From: Marsupella aquatica
Taxonomy: Eukaryota > Plantae > Marchantiophyta
Assembly (NCBI GenBank): GCA_973895155.1
Contig: OZ316897.1
Span: forward strand, 3,318,211-3,382,210
Reading direction: 5' to 3'
Length of the DNA: 64,000 bases
Made by a program: the position numbers and the translations under genes. A model generated the notes under the pieces. That model was not told the origin of the DNA. It did not search any database and saw only the letters and a program-made list of their open reading frames with translations. Positions 37,501-51,297 of this stretch are shown here, in pieces; within the stretch, counting starts at the first letter, position 1; every line of letters begins with the position of its first letter.

Positions 37501-37806
37501 CTCTGATACCACTTGTAAGAAACCGTCGGCTCCTGACTAGACAGCAATGCGGAAACATGAGAGACACTCAATCAGACGCTACACCGACGAGACACCCCGA
37601 GTGGAGAAACTCCTGAAGGCTCCATAGCAAATGAGAGTACATGTGAAGAATGAGGGAGAGAGTTCTCTCCCTCCAGCCTATACCCCCCAAGGGGGCCAAG
37701 ATGAGTGGGCCTAAACTAAGCGAATCTTATCCTAATGTAATCCAGGGTTAACTAACCCTAGTAAGGCCAAACTAACTAAGTCGGGAACTCGAGTCAATTC
37801 CTAACA
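31572..37806 (-). mobile_element. full-length Ty1/Copia LTR retrotransposon (Tnt1/Tork-like)
   Basis: 293-bp TG..CA LTRs at 31572-31864 and 37514-37806 with 5 transitions between them. TSD CTGGA at 31567-31571 and 37807-37811. PBS TGGTATCAGAGC (tRNA-iMet) at 37500-37511; PPT AAGGTGGAGAT next to 31865. Confidence 0.97.
31932..35948 (-). pseudogene. Copia gag-pol (gag, CCHC knuckle, protease, GAG-pre-integrase, integrase, RT, RNase H) with two in-frame stops
   Basis: Starts MTSRKLAAPKFEVEKFDG at 35948. Stops TAA (35508-35510) and TAG (~35475). Motifs CWHCHEKGHTKWNC, LWHARLGH, RSDNGGEY, YVDD, FVDSD and KHIDIRYHFIRE. The integrase HSD motif reads HSN. Confidence 0.93.
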
Positions 37807-37809
37807 CTG

Positions 37810-37972
37810 GATGCATGGATGATATAGCATGGATGGTAGAGGGAGGAGCATGGTATTGCATGGATGGTAGAAGGAATTAAGAGGTAGCATGGATGGTAGA
37901 GGGAGGGGCATGGTATAATATGGATAGTAGAGGGAAGAGCATATAATTTGTATACATGGATAGTAGAGAGAA
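37810..37972. repeat. ~30-bp tandem repeat (CATGGATGGTAGAGGG..)
   Basis: About 5 degenerate copies immediately right of the Copia TSD. Confidence 0.7.
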
Positions 37973-38566
37973 TAATTACTTTGTCTTTTTCCTTCTAGTT
38001 TGGGGACACATGTTCACTTTTTCATTCACACCAAATATAATTCATTTGTTTTTATTGCTTCCACTTTTTGCATTTTCTGTTTTTTCACCCCAAAAGCTAC
38101 TCCAAATTTGAATGAGGACCATTGCATAAAAAGGCGCAACCTTGTATTATAGTTCTTGATATGGACTATAGTAGGGCATCTGAAATATTGAAACAAAAAA
38201 AACACCTCATGGGTGTCCTGCAGTGTGCTCGGGCACATCAATTGGTAGATATAGCCAAGCAATGATATTTTTGAGCTCTCAGAGTTGAATGGGGTCACAA
38301 GGGTGTGTGAAAATAGCACCATGAGTCAATGAACACACTGAAACTAGGGCCTCTCCTCATAGTAGATGCCCCTCCGTGTTTCGGTCATGACTCCTGGGCG
38401 TGACTGATTGGGTCTCACATTTGGTGCCCGGCCAGTCGTTCCCACTTCCCCGGGCCACAACACTCCCAGACGAGGTCACAGACAAAAATTTATTGTATTG
38501 GAGACGCCCTAGAGTCATCCCCAGTGTCATCCCGGTCCGCATAGGTCATGCCCGACATATTAACTT

Positions 38567-39995
38567 CTTTTTTTATGAATAATTTAAATTTATAAAGAAC
38601 GGAGAACGGGCCGGGGGCAAACACCACCCAAACCGAGGAACAAAAGAGAAGGGGGAAGGCCACACTCCCGGGGCCAAAGTACCTCCCCCCCCCCCACCCA
38701 CGACCAGTAACCCTCAATCGGGCCACCTGGTCCAAAAGGCCCACAGATCCCCGTACTCAATCGTGGTCCACCTGGGGAGCATACACACAGATCTACTCAT
38801 CGCATAGTCCCTATTGACCCTGTATTGCTCACTAGTCGTATTGAACCAAAATTTATCGCAGTCTCTATCGATCCGTTGCCTATGATACCTCTGGTTTTGT
38901 CTGCAATAAAAGGCCTGGTCAACCTCAGCAGCCTGACTGTGTTGACCAGGTCTGTGGCATTTCCTACCGAAGGACCTAGACTCAACCTTGCTAATGTTTC
39001 TGGCCCTGGAATAGCCATGGTGCAAGATGTTGCTGCACTCACTGGCAAAGCTAAAGGAATGCATACTCATCACTACTAGTTGGAATTGGCAGCATTCCCA
39101 AGAATTGGGAGTGTTCCTTTCTTTCCATAATTCATTGCTCAGTTCAATGATAAGCACCAGTGGTCCAGGGTTGTGCTTTTGGACCAACACAGCAATGCGA
39201 ATAGAATCAAACAAATTATCCTGCAGTCTATTCAGGTAAGTGGAATGAGATAACAAAGTCTTGATTTCGCGCCACCGGTTCCCCACCTTGTTGCAGCTGT
39301 AGAAAAGGTGGCTCGTGTCCTCAAAGCTGGTGTTGCATCTTTCACATAGTCCAGGGCTAACTCCCCAGTGGTGAGCCCGACCGTTTGTGACGAAGCCATG
39401 ATGGAGCAGACGCCAGATGAAGAACCTGACCTTGGGGAAAGACCACCCACCCCAAATCTTCTTCCACCAACGTTTCCAGTCGGTTGCGGACTCCAGCTGA
39501 CCCCACCTTCTACTAACCATAGTGTTATCAGTGTCGGTGCCCTGGGCAGGGGAGGCCCACGTACTTGTTGGGAATTTCCACCCACAGTTGCGGGAGGTCC
39601 ATTCCCACCTCCACCCTTGGCATTTGTGGAGTTGAAACTCCAAGGGAGGATCCCTGATAGTTAGCTCATGAATCATAGAATTCTCTGTAGGTATTCAGCC
39701 AGACTTGTCTGGTACTCCTGATCCTGGAAATGAGCTCCTCCCTATCCCTCCAACAATGTTCTGGGGTGATCAGATCACCCACCCTCTTGATCCTCCTGTT
39801 GGCGAAGAAGCGTCTAAGATCCACTTGCTCCTGCCGTCTTCCAAACTTATCCTTGAAGAAAAGAATCATGGCTTGCTCGATCGAGATTTGTTTAGGGATT
39901 GATCCCTCATGAAAGGAAAAGTGGAGGCGAGGGAATTGAGAGGTCCAGCTCTTAAGAAGGTGCCGGATGGTATAGGACCCCAAGATTCTGATTTC
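38567..39995 (-). mobile_element. 5'-truncated L1-type LINE (ORF2 C-terminus with zf-RVT)
   Basis: 20-bp TSD CATGCCCGACATATTAACTT at 38547-38566 and 39996-40015, with a T-run tail at the left. Peptide WKKIW..PKVRFFIWRLLH..CERC..EDTSHLFYSC..LWKERN; frameshift near 39670. Confidence 0.9.
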
Positions 39996-42900
39996 CATGC
40001 CCGACATATTAACTTAGTCTGGGCAATAATCACAATGCAGATAATCTTATTGTATTATTAGGTTTTCATCTTCAAAAGCAATGTATACACTGATAAGTAA
40101 GTGTTGCATCAAAATACTTAGAATATTTTTACATTTCACATTTTAAGGTTTCCAAAATCCAAAATAATCCAATATTTCAGTAATTATTTTGTTTTTGCGC
40201 AAACCTGAATGGCACTACAGTAGTGTCAACTGCATAGTAGAGTAGTACCTCCACACTGTTCACCCCAATTAGTCTTGGTAATATTATTTGTGTAGCCTAC
40301 ATTTTTCAATTAACATAACTAATTTTAATTACAGACTAACACTAATAGTGTTTGCATTAAATAACATTTCTGTAATACTAATTCAATGTTTTGCATAACA
40401 CAATTTGGAGAGTAAAGGTAATACTAATTGGAGAGCAAAGATAAAAATTACACTGCTCTCTCATCTCAAATAGCTTGGGAAGAGAGTGTGTCTCATACAC
40501 CCCAAGATCACTAGAAAATAAGCTGCCCCTAAGGAACAGAGTCTGAACAAGGCTACACTACTTGCCAAAACATGTCAGCACAAATCAGGAGTACGATTAG
40601 ACACATCTACTGTAAATTAAGGGAATTCCAACCCTAACAATCTTAGCCCAAAAATCCAGCATATTTAGTGTTATTTTCTATTCAAACCTGCCCCAGTCTT
40701 TTTTATTTTTTATGTTTTTAAAATTAAGTAGAAATCTGTGAAACCCCACAAAAAGGGAACAATCAGTCTCAACATTTGAACCCAAGACCTATCAGGACTC
40801 CACTCAAGTGAACTATCACACATCACATAGGCATGCCTCTCTAGGCTTGGTCTTACCTGCCCGAGTCTTAAATTGGGATTACTAGCTAACATTAAGTACA
40901 AGATATGACCAATTATGGTGAACAGTGGAGTGTGATGTCAAGGTGTACATTAAAAAATTCTTGTGCATTTCAGAAATATTCCAAGCCACAAAATGTATTT
41001 TGTGGTATATAAAGCCATGATGGATAGAGGGGCTTGTTTCGCCCATCCCAATGGACTACTTAAAATTAGGAAAAGAAAATTAACCAATTGTTTTTGGAAT
41101 GATGGACTCTTCTCTTTTGAGGACACCCAAGTAGATTTTCCCAGGCACCCTCACCAACAGTAAACCATTGGTTTTTGATAGACTTGTGCATTTGGTGTAT
41201 GACATACTTATGCATTTATTTTGACAACTTTTCCAGCATGTTCTTTGATGTCCAACTTATCACCTCACAAGGTTTAAGATTTTCCTAGATCATTTACTTC
41301 ATTTTTTACAAATGCAAAATTAGCAAATATTATAAACCACCTACCAATGGAGGCTTCACTTTTTTGAGTGATGCCTGATTAGTTTGGACATGAGCGGCAA
41401 ATTACCACTTTTTGCAAGGACACCTTGACTAGTTTAGGCATAGCAAGAAAATACCACTTGTTTGGAAAAAAATGGCACAATACAACCATGAGCACAACCA
41501 GCAAGCATGCACACACCGACACCAAGAGATGTGTGGTTCATCTCCATTGAGGCTACGTCCACGGGAACAGACAAGAGCATTACTAAGCTTTGGTCACCAC
41601 GGCCACACAAAGCCGCCTTATAAAGTTCTCCTCCTAGTACCTAGCTAGTTCCTTCAACAATGAGCATGAGTCCCCACGAAGAGCTCTCCCTAGCCCTTCT
41701 ATATGTTAGATGCAATAGTCACGACTGTTCGTGATCACTAATACAATCTTTGAAGTTGTACATTGTATTCTTCCACCCTGTCCTTGCTCACCATACTCAC
41801 GGTGATTCCCTTGGAAGGAGATCTTGTACCAAACAAGTTTATTTGCGTGGCCAACATTTATTCAACTCATTGATCCTTCCAATTCCAGAGCACACACAAA
41901 GCCAATATCTTCTAGAAGACATCTCACTTGTGAAACCTTATTTTCTATTGTACCTTGTGGGACTCAAACTTCCTGATCTTGAGCTTGTTTGTAAACTTCC
42001 CACACTTGCAACAAACTCTGTCTGGTCTGAACTTCTGAGCAGCTAATTCCAATCCAAGAGTCTTGCTATAGGAAGACAACGAGCAAGACAGTAGTTAGAC
42101 TCATAGCTGAAAAAGGTGTATTAGCCCAGTTGAGGAGTGATTGAGTGATTTTATGTGTTGTACTCCACAAACAGAAACTCCAAGTCAGATGGAAACCATC
42201 CAGAGATTGATGACTCAATTATTGTTATTCCAATTGACCAGTCACGTCCTTTCAATTATGCAATTCAATCTGAGAAATCACCATCAAACCATTATGTAGA
42301 GTTATCGCAGACCTTGTGAAAGACCCTCCTCTACTCACAAAGTAAGGCCAAATGTGCTGAAGTACCAACAAAGTACAGATTTGCAACCAGACCAAACTCA
42401 CTCCCATCGATCTAGATGATCCTGCTCTGACTATTTTGCCTTCTTCTCAATTCTCTTCAACTCAATCCACACTAAAGTTCAACCCACAAATGTCATGAAG
42501 CAATGCGCCGATTTGGATTCTGCAGCTCAATTCACATTTTTTTGATTTGCAATCTATTCAAAACCCTACTGGAAATTGGCTTCTACTACGACTGTGATTC
42601 AACCCAAACGATGTCAGTGAGGAATAGCAAAAGACACATCATCCCCGAATAGAAAGCTCATCCTTGTGAATTGGTAGGTCCTGACTATTGCACGCAACAG
42701 CTTGAGAAGTGAAAGAAGAGGATCGGCAAATTAAACCTTTACTGAGAGTGTGTGATCATTGACCGCACAACTTTTTGGAGAGAGGCCCTGGTTTATGATT
42801 GAGAATTCAAATTTCCTGCAGTGTCTCAACTCTCAACTTTGTTTTTAACAGCCAACTAAGGTGGCACATAGTCTCCAACAGTTAGGTGGCATGTCATTGT

Positions 42901-44655
42901 AAACTGTCATCTAAACTCATTATAGTGTAAGGACATCCCCACCCATGCTTTAATTCACGACCTGCTATTAGTGTCAACAGCAAGGCGAGGGGTGCAGGTA
43001 GTCAGCTTTGGTGGAGAGTGCCCTGACTCTATCCTTACCCATTAATATCGGTATTTTTCAATTGACATGCATTTGGCCACAGCTTCTGCCAGATTATCCA
43101 CATACTAGTCATGACTGTCTGGGTGTCTCATACTAGCAATATCCACTCTGCCTCACAATTTAGCATAAGTGAGTGAGCTCTAACACCACTGGCCCCAACA
43201 TGCCAGTTCTACTACATCTGTGGCCTTGGTTTGACTTTGCTGCGGGCGGATGGGGACTGAAAAGACATATAAGTTAAAATTCCGATATAATTCATCCTAG
43301 CCTGACCTTCCTCTAGGTCAATGCAAGGGCTTAAGCCAACTTCTTTGGGAACTTCTTCCACTTATGTATTGAACATTTATTATTTATTTATTTTTGCTAG
43401 AGAGCATAGGGAAACCAAGACTGAACTGAATGCAACCTGTAAAAACTGCTAAAGAGAAGGAAAACCCAATATTTGATAATGGACAACAAAAATTGCCATG
43501 GGAGACCAAAGCTATGATCAGATATAAAAGCGGAAGTCCAAGACTTAACTGACCCACCCAAACATGAGAGGAGAAAAGAACTAAACTAGAGGAGACTGAT
43601 TACCAGAGCACCATATTGAAGGTAGGTGAAGACGGCAAGACACATAAACTAGACAATGCGCCAGGAGGGAGCCCAGCAGCCACAAGGGTGTGGTCACAAA
43701 GAAGCCTGCCAATTTATCTATGATGGTGATGATCTAGTACCAAAATGATATCTATCTACAACTATAATAAGGGATCTTGTTTTTTTTGTCTTTTGTTCCA
43801 ATACAAAAAAATCTCCTGGACAAGAAAGATCCACAGCCATTGGATTTGTTTGATTGTTTTCCCTGATCATTGATGGAGGAAATGGGCACCTCTAGTGCAT
43901 ATGTGCTTCCCCACGTTGCCCCATACATGCCCCGGCCCGACTCCCTATGGGTTGGTCCTCCTTGCGTCGTGTAACGCACGGACACAGGGCTTGTAAGTGA
44001 ATGAAAACTCAATTTATTAGCACTCTGATATACTTCAAAACATATTTGGGCAACCCATGGATTTTTTGTAACTCAGACAGACCTCATTTTACTCACAATG
44101 TCATAGAGAATATTTTGTTGCTCCAGATTGTATGGTTTCTGTCTATGGTCCATAGGAACATCGTTTTCCAGCCTTCTCTATGCTCGAGAATTCTCAATAA
44201 GGATTTTAAGAATTTGGAGATCTGAACCGATCTGAACCATTGATTTCCCAGGCAGACGGTGACGATTGACTGTTGGATACGTGCTCCATGTGAAGTTAAC
44301 CTTCAATTCCCTGACTCTAGTCAAGGACTGGAAGTGGTCAGTGGGCAGGGGTCCGTGAGTACCGCAGTGTGCCTAAAGTCCTCCCCAAGTATGGTTTTTG
44401 CTTCCGCCGGCCCCGTCCGAAGGACTCTCCCTTCGCCTTCCTACTTCCTTCAGTGCTGCTGCTTGTCCTCTGTTTTTTTTTCCCTTCCTGTGAATGAGCT
44501 CGCGGAGAGGCCAAATGGAGCTGCCGCTTCTCCGCCGATGAAATCCTTCGTCGACTGAACCAGAGCAATGATGCAGTCGTTGGGATGCTTCTAAATTTCT
44601 CTTCTCTGGAGATGAGGATTTCACATTGACCTCTCTCACCCCCTTTTTTTTCTTC

Positions 44656-44662
<7 letters not shown>

Positions 44663-44718
<56 letters not shown>
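44663..44718. repeat. (CT)n microsatellite in the STT3B 5' region
   Basis: About 28 CT units ~400 bp upstream of the ATG. Confidence 0.9.
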
Positions 44719-44723
<5 letters not shown>

Positions 44724-45123
44724 CTCCTTCCGATCTCCGGGTTTGGGTTTTTCGTCTGATCTCTGTGGTGATTTTGTCGTGTGGTTCTTTCTCGCCACAT
44801 CACTATTTCGTTGCTGTCTGTTTCTCATTCTCATTTCTCATTTCTTGTTGCGTGTTACGTTTTTGCTTCCAACACTCCATTTTTCCTGCTTCTCCCTCTT
44901 ATTCTTTAATTTTTTACATTTTGTGCTTCGTCATTGATTTTTATGTATTCGGGCTCATCTCTTCTGTTGCTATAGTTGTGGCCAATTTTTCGTTCTTCTT
45001 CCACTTATCAATGTCCATTTTGCACCTATTTCTATCGTTTGTTCTTACGCTCTTTAGCTCCTGATCCTCATTTTGGAGCATTTTCGGTCGATCCGATCGG
45101 AGTGGGACCGAAATCTGGTCAAG

Positions 45124-48100
45124 ATGAGCTCCTTCACGGTGACAAGCACGAAGTCCAGCACCAAGGCGGACTCTGGAAAATCGTCCACTGGCTCCTCCCC
45201 TACGAGCATGGAGTCCATTCTCAATCAGCTCTATGCTTTCCGGCTGAAACCGAAGCAGCAAGAGCTGCTCATTCGCGTCTCGGTGCTCCTTCTTGTCTAC
45301 ATTCTTGCCTTTGCCACGCGGCTCTTCAGTGTGTTGCGCTACGAGAGCGTCATTCACGAGTTCGATCCCTACTTCAATTATCGCACCACGCTGTACCTCA
45401 CGGAGAAGGGTTTCTATGAGTTCTGGAACTGGTTCGATTATGAGAGCTGGTATCCCCTCGGCAGGATCGTGGGAGGGACCGTGTACCCGGGCCTCATGGT
45501 CACGGCTGCGCTGCTGTACTGGGGGCTTAGGTTACTGAGCTTCGCCGTGCACATCAAGGACGTCTGTGTGCTCACTGCTCCCTTTTTTGCGTCTAACACC
45601 ACTGTTGTGGCTTACTTCTTCGGCAAGGAGCTCCGGGACAGCGGAACAGGCCTGATTGCTGCCGTGTTCATCGCCATTTGCCCCGGTTACATTTCTCGGT
45701 CCGTGGCAGGATCTTATGATAATGAAGGGGTAGCAATTTTTGCATTGCTCTTGACCTTTTACCTTTTTGTGAAGGCTGTGAATACTGGTTCTTTGGCTTG
45801 GTCGGTCGGCGCTGCCTTTGGCTACTTCTACATGGTGTCAGCCTGGGGAGGGTACATATTTATTATCAACTTGCTTCCGATCTATGTGTTGGTGCTTCTC
45901 GTGACGGGGAGGTATTCCAAGAGGCTGTACATTGCTTACAATACAGTGTACATTTTGGGGACACTTCTCGCAATGCAGATCCGCTTTGTGGGATTCCAGC
46001 ATGTTCAGTCAGGAGAGCACATGGCTGCTTTGGGAGTCTTCCTCTTCTTGCAGGTCAGATGCATGCAAATTTTAATTGAATTTTGAGTTTGGGCCTGGTA
46101 TTTTTGGTGCGTGTTGGTGGGGATGACTGGGTTCTATCACAGACCATGAAAGTTTTAACCTATGATCAAGTCTTAACCTAGCTGAATATCAATGTAGTTT
46201 TGATAGTCTTCAATTTTGTTTTCAATTTCTCTCCGCTCTGAAGTGCAGGTTTACTTTCTTGTATGAATTCAATTACTTTCCGGGAAAATTGGGAGTTGCC
46301 CTAATCTAGTTCATAAATTGAAGCAGAGCTGGCGATCTCTCAGTATTAGAACAAGCTCACGTGCTCGGGATCTCATGCCTGTCCTAGTTTCAGGTTTCAG
46401 AATGCATTTGCTGGTCTTTAGAGGTTTAACGTTTACATCCGGAGGCTTCAAATTAGAACGTGAAATCCTTTCATGTTAGGAGAAAGTCAGAGAAACTGCT
46501 TTTGTGTTTGGGTTTTCAACCCTCTCGCTCTTAAATAGATTTACACAAAACTGCCTGGGACAAGCTGGACTCTAAAGGTGACAGCTTGGTCCTACGAATT
46601 TCAGAGCTTCTAAAGGAGTTTGATGTTAGTGTTCTTGTAGATAGCTCAGGCTATCTTGCAAGCTAAATTCGCAGTCTGTTAAGTTTTAGGGACATCTTCT
46701 GATTCTGAAAGGTTGTATAGAACGTTGTCAATTCCATTTCAGCTTGATATCATTCACAATGTTCAGATAGTCGAATTGTGACCTACAAAGATCAACGATG
46801 GTTTGGAAAATCAACACGATTTTGTTAGAGGTCTCTGGAAAGTTAGTTGTCGTTCGTGTCCAAAGTGCCCTTTCAAAATCGCAATTGTTGACTATCAGTG
46901 ATTCGCTAAAGGTCCTTTTTTTCTCTGAATGCAGGTGTTCTATTTTGTGGAGTGGGTTAAAGCCCAGCTTGCAGATCCCAAACTCTTCAAAGCTTTCTTG
47001 AGAGTCACTGTGGTTTTGGCAGGGTCAGTGGGGGCCTTGGGACTAGGCTTTGGACTCGCCACTGGTTACATTTCTCCATGGACCGGACGGTTTTACTCCC
47101 TTCTGGATCCTACATACGCCAAGGACCATATCCCCATCATTGCGTCAGTGTCAGAGCACCAGCCGACCTCGTGGTCGTCTTTCATGTTTGACTTCCACCT
47201 TCTTTTGATACTGTTCCCAGCCGGCTTATATTTCTGCTTCAGGCGGCTGAGTGATGGTATCATCTTTATCATCTGCTACGGCCTAACGAGTCTGTATTTT
47301 GCTGGAGTGATGGTTCGTCTCATTCTGGTGGCCACTCCTGCGGTTTGCTTGATTAGTGCAATTGCCGTGTCTGCGATGTTGAAGAGCTTTTCTAGACTCC
47401 TTCGAGAGAAATCTTCACCGGTTCCCTCGTTCAAGTCTTCTGGTAGCCAAAAAGCATCTGCCAAGGTTTGTTATTTGATTACTCTGCTAAGTAGACGTTT
47501 GAATGAAGGTGTCGTAGCCAGTAATGATCACTTCAAAGACGTATACGTTTGTTATTTGATTACTCTGCCAGTAGACTCTTATATTGTATCATATTTTCTG
47601 TTGTGACATTGTGGTGCGAACGGTGTGTGCAGAGTGGCATTGATCAGGGTCTCCCATTCCAGAAGGAAGGAGCTCTTCTGTTGCTCCTGGGCAGTCTATA
47701 TCTTCTAATCCAGTTCGTAGTGCACTGCACCTGGGTCACCTCAGAGGCTTATTCATCCCCATCCATAGTTCTCGCTGCAAGGCAGAGCAATGGGGACAGA
47801 GTCATTTTTGATGATTTCCGAGAATCATACTACTGGCTCCGTCACAACACCCCTCCAGATGCGAAGATTGCTTCGTGGTGGGATTATGGATATCAAATTA
47901 CAGCTATGGGTAACCGGACAGTGATAGTGGATAACAATACTTGGAATAATACCCACATTGCCACAGTCGGCCGAGGAATGTCATCATATGAAGATGAGGC
48001 TTATCAGATATTCAAGTCTCTGGATGTTGATTACGTGCTTGTGGTTTTTGGAGGTGTCACCGGATATTCATCGGACGATATCAACAAGTTTGTGAACAGC

Positions 48101-49141
48101 CCCCTTTTTGGTCTTTGAATCGTTTCTGATATGACCAGTATGTTGCAAATTTGTGTTCACTAGTCACCAGTTAGTTCTGCAGGTAGTCAAGTCTTGTCAA
48201 TTTTGAAGTACAGATTGGTCGTTGCTTGAATACGAATCTTGATTTGGGTGATGCAGATTCTTGTGGATGGTGCGTATTGGAGGAGGGGTGTTTCCTGTGA
48301 TCAAAGAGCCTGACTACCTCAATAAAGGGGAGTACCGGATTGATAAGGAGGCGGCTCCGAAAATGCTTCAGTGCCTCATGTAAGTCAACAGAAACGGAGA
48401 AACTCTCACTTCGTGAATCTACGCAGACGAAATTTATTGTCCAACTTCAAGATCCTTGTTTGGACGGTACCACCACCAGAATCTTGTACAAGAGGTTTAC
48501 TTTCCCTGAGGGTTTGCATACAGATTACTAAGTCACATTTAAACGTTAGTATCGACGGATTCAATAGGAGGATGTACAGTTGACAGCATCAAGCTCATTA
48601 AGTGCACGTGGAGGTTGTATTGTTCCGAGGTAAAAAGGAAGTGAAGAGTCACTAGGCACGATCTTTGAGGGTTGCTCGACAGGATGAGTGCTTTGGTTTC
48701 AGTGTGCACAGCCACTGAATACAATCATATATGACTCACCAGATTGTTTCTTACAGGTACAAGTTGTGCTACTACCGTTTCGGAGAACTTAGCACGGAGT
48801 ATGGAAAACCTCCTGGGTAAGGCTTCTGACATTTCCGAGTGCAGTTGATTGCTCAGGGCCTTTCACCGTCTTCTTAAAGTGTGTCAATGAGCTGGGTGTC
48901 TTATCATCTGTGAAGTTGATCATCTCAGTTGAAGGTTCACTGTGGGTGTTGCAATTTGACCTTATCTGGAGCATTGCACCTGTCCTCTGACAATTGGATC
49001 TGTGTACGCAGATGGGATCGTGCTCGGGGTGCAGAAATCGGCAACAAGCACTTTGAGCTAGAGTACTTTGAAGAAGCCTTCACAACATCAAACTGGATTG
49101 TCAGGATTTACAAAGTGAAGCCACTTGAAAATAGACGGTGA
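45124..49141 (+). CDS. STT3B: oligosaccharyltransferase catalytic subunit STT3B
   Basis: GT-AG exons 45124-46053, 46935-47465, 47633-48087, 48257-48379, 48757-48816 and 49012-49141 splice in frame. Motifs [41 protein letters not shown] and DINKFLWM. The intron-poor structure is typical of the B paralogue. Confidence 0.95.
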
Positions 49142-50444
49142 TACAGTCGACCTTTTCTCCTTGGATAAACACTTGACTTGCCACACCTCGGTGAGCTTCA
49201 GTCATGTGGGGTTTGGGGAGGTAAAAGTCTTTTTAGGCGATGAGGTGCAGTTTTACCCTCGTTTGTAGTTTGTTCAAATTTACTTGCAAAGCTGCATCGG
49301 ATCATTAGGTAAATGCTCCACGCCAGCAAATTGCACAGTGCAGTGTAGACATATAGCATCAGCAGGATTTTTTTCTATACCTATGTTGAGTCTACCGGTG
49401 CTGTTAATTGCTGGGGGCATTGGTTTTATGGGAGCAAAAGCTGCTCTTCCGTAGAGTGTCGTTGAGTTGAAATGGGATCGCAGGATATTGTACAAGGCCC
49501 CTCTTTTGGACAGGGGCCTGAGTTCTTACAGCCATCGTGAAGGACTTCCGGTGCGAAGGATGCTTGAGATTCACAATTAATATGATGAAGAGAATATCCA
49601 AGAAGAAAGGATCTGATGAATACGATATCTCTCACTCGTTGTTCTCTAAAAGTTGTTGGTCAGCTTAAGATGCGCCTTGTGATGGTCATCTCTTGGTGCC
49701 TATTAATGAGCTCAAACTGACCAGCACGTCATGAATAACTGGTCCTTCCACTGTAGTTGGAGGTCGGCTTTGGATGTGAATCATAGTGATTCTTGTGTTC
49801 TGTTTTAGATCAACACAGTAGGCCTGAACGAACCCCTGCGCCATCTCATGCGCCTTACGTAATCATTACATCGTTCCTTCTCCTCGCTGATCACTGTTTG
49901 CTTTGTGCTAGGGACAGGGGAGAGGTTACAATTAGTGACCCGGTTACAATTTCTTAGGAAGTAATGCAGACTTGCGCCGGTACAAACTTGGCAACCCTCC
50001 CTGAATTTTGTTCGTTCCATCTAACTGGATGTGTTTGATTACGATTACGAGGCCCTTTACTGCTTCAAGCAGGGTAGGTTGCTCTGATCACAATAGTTCC
50101 CGACATCAAGTCGAAGTTTCAAGCCACATTGCTTGCTTCAATTGGACGTTGGCGGAATCAAAACCTTGCAGTTTTCAGGAAGAGCTGTGCAAAGTGGATG
50201 TGGTGACATGTCTTGTCAAGCACTTCTCAACTTACTCCCATTGTTAAGTTCCTCATGTTTCCAGTAATACCTTAAGGGCCGCCAGGTAAACGGTGCTTGG
50301 AGATTTCGCTCGTTGAGTGGGACTACTGGCTCCTTCCAATTTTTGCGCCTCTGCGTCCGTGAGATGTTTTCAGCAATGGTTTTGTTACGGGTCCTCTTAC
50401 CTGGTTTGTGTGAAGAGGTGGCTTCTCCAATTCCTGACGGCAAA

Positions 50445-51297
50445 CCATGAGAATATCTGGCTTCACCACCTGCACCACATCAAGCAGGCTCGCACCCTCA
50501 GTAAGGTCTCCCCTTTCAGCTTCATCGAGATGTCGAGAATATGGCTGACTTTACGTGTGGATCCATATCCGTTCCAGCATCAGTTATCAAACCAAGTTTG
50601 TCCACCAGCCAAGAACAAATGCAATTGAATTCAGTATATTACACTTCGAAGGGAATTGTTTAGTTCCTCAAAAATACTACACGGTCCAAATGAAGGCAAT
50701 TGAAACCTCGCTCTAGCTGTGCGTACATATATACAGAGAATGGGGTAGCATTCCGTCTCCTAAACGTTGGTCTGCAATCTAGCTGGCTGGTTAGCTGGTT
50801 ACAAAATTCTAGCTAGGGATCTTTGTGTAGTTGCTTATACTTACATAAAGAAAATGGAATTCTGATTACCCTGAAGAGGTCCAAGCACGGAGCTCACGCC
50901 TGAAATGCAAGGGTACAATCGACTTCTTCGACGCTGGCCAATTGTAGTGGATCGGATCGGTGAAGAGTGTTTTCAAGTGTCATAGACCAAAGGGGAATAT
51001 CCGTAAGCTCATCAGTTACCAAACCAAGTTTGTCCACCAGCCAGAAGTTGTCTGCGGATTGGACTTGTGGAGCCTGACTGCCAACAACCCTCGCTATTGC
51101 TTCCTTCAGAAAGGCCAAGAACCCCAAGCCCAGCACTGCCTGCACCTAAAATCACAATCTTTTGTTTACATATATCATAGACAGGACGACCTTGAGCCCT
51201 CACTGTGCCAGAGCCACCCCTGCTGTCCCCTGGATGTCATCGTTGAACATACGATAATGGTGACGATATCTCTGAAGCAGCTTGAAAGCCCACTTGG
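50445..51297 (-). pseudogene. scrambled partial duplicate of the NAD-ME gene and its 3' flank
   Basis: Mosaic of ~27091-27253, ~26046-26131, ~26249-26543 and ~27207-27518, with small indels and frameshifts. Confidence 0.9.

Larger units (their letters stand above)
30507..38195 (-). mobile_element. Helitron-like unit 2 (diverged tandem copy of unit 1), split by the Copia insertion
   Basis: Begins with the same CTAG..GTTGCACAAAAG end and minisatellite (30520-31280). 31335-31560 aligns with 30010-30200, and 38000-38195 aligns with 30305-30490 (e.g. ATAAAAAGGCGCAA, ACTATAGTAGGGCATCT). Confidence 0.5.

Noticed and set aside
41470-42900. LTR-like sequence (GTGGTTC..GCTACGTCCAC) and downstream remnants
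   Set aside because: No second LTR, TSD, PBS or coding motif could be established.
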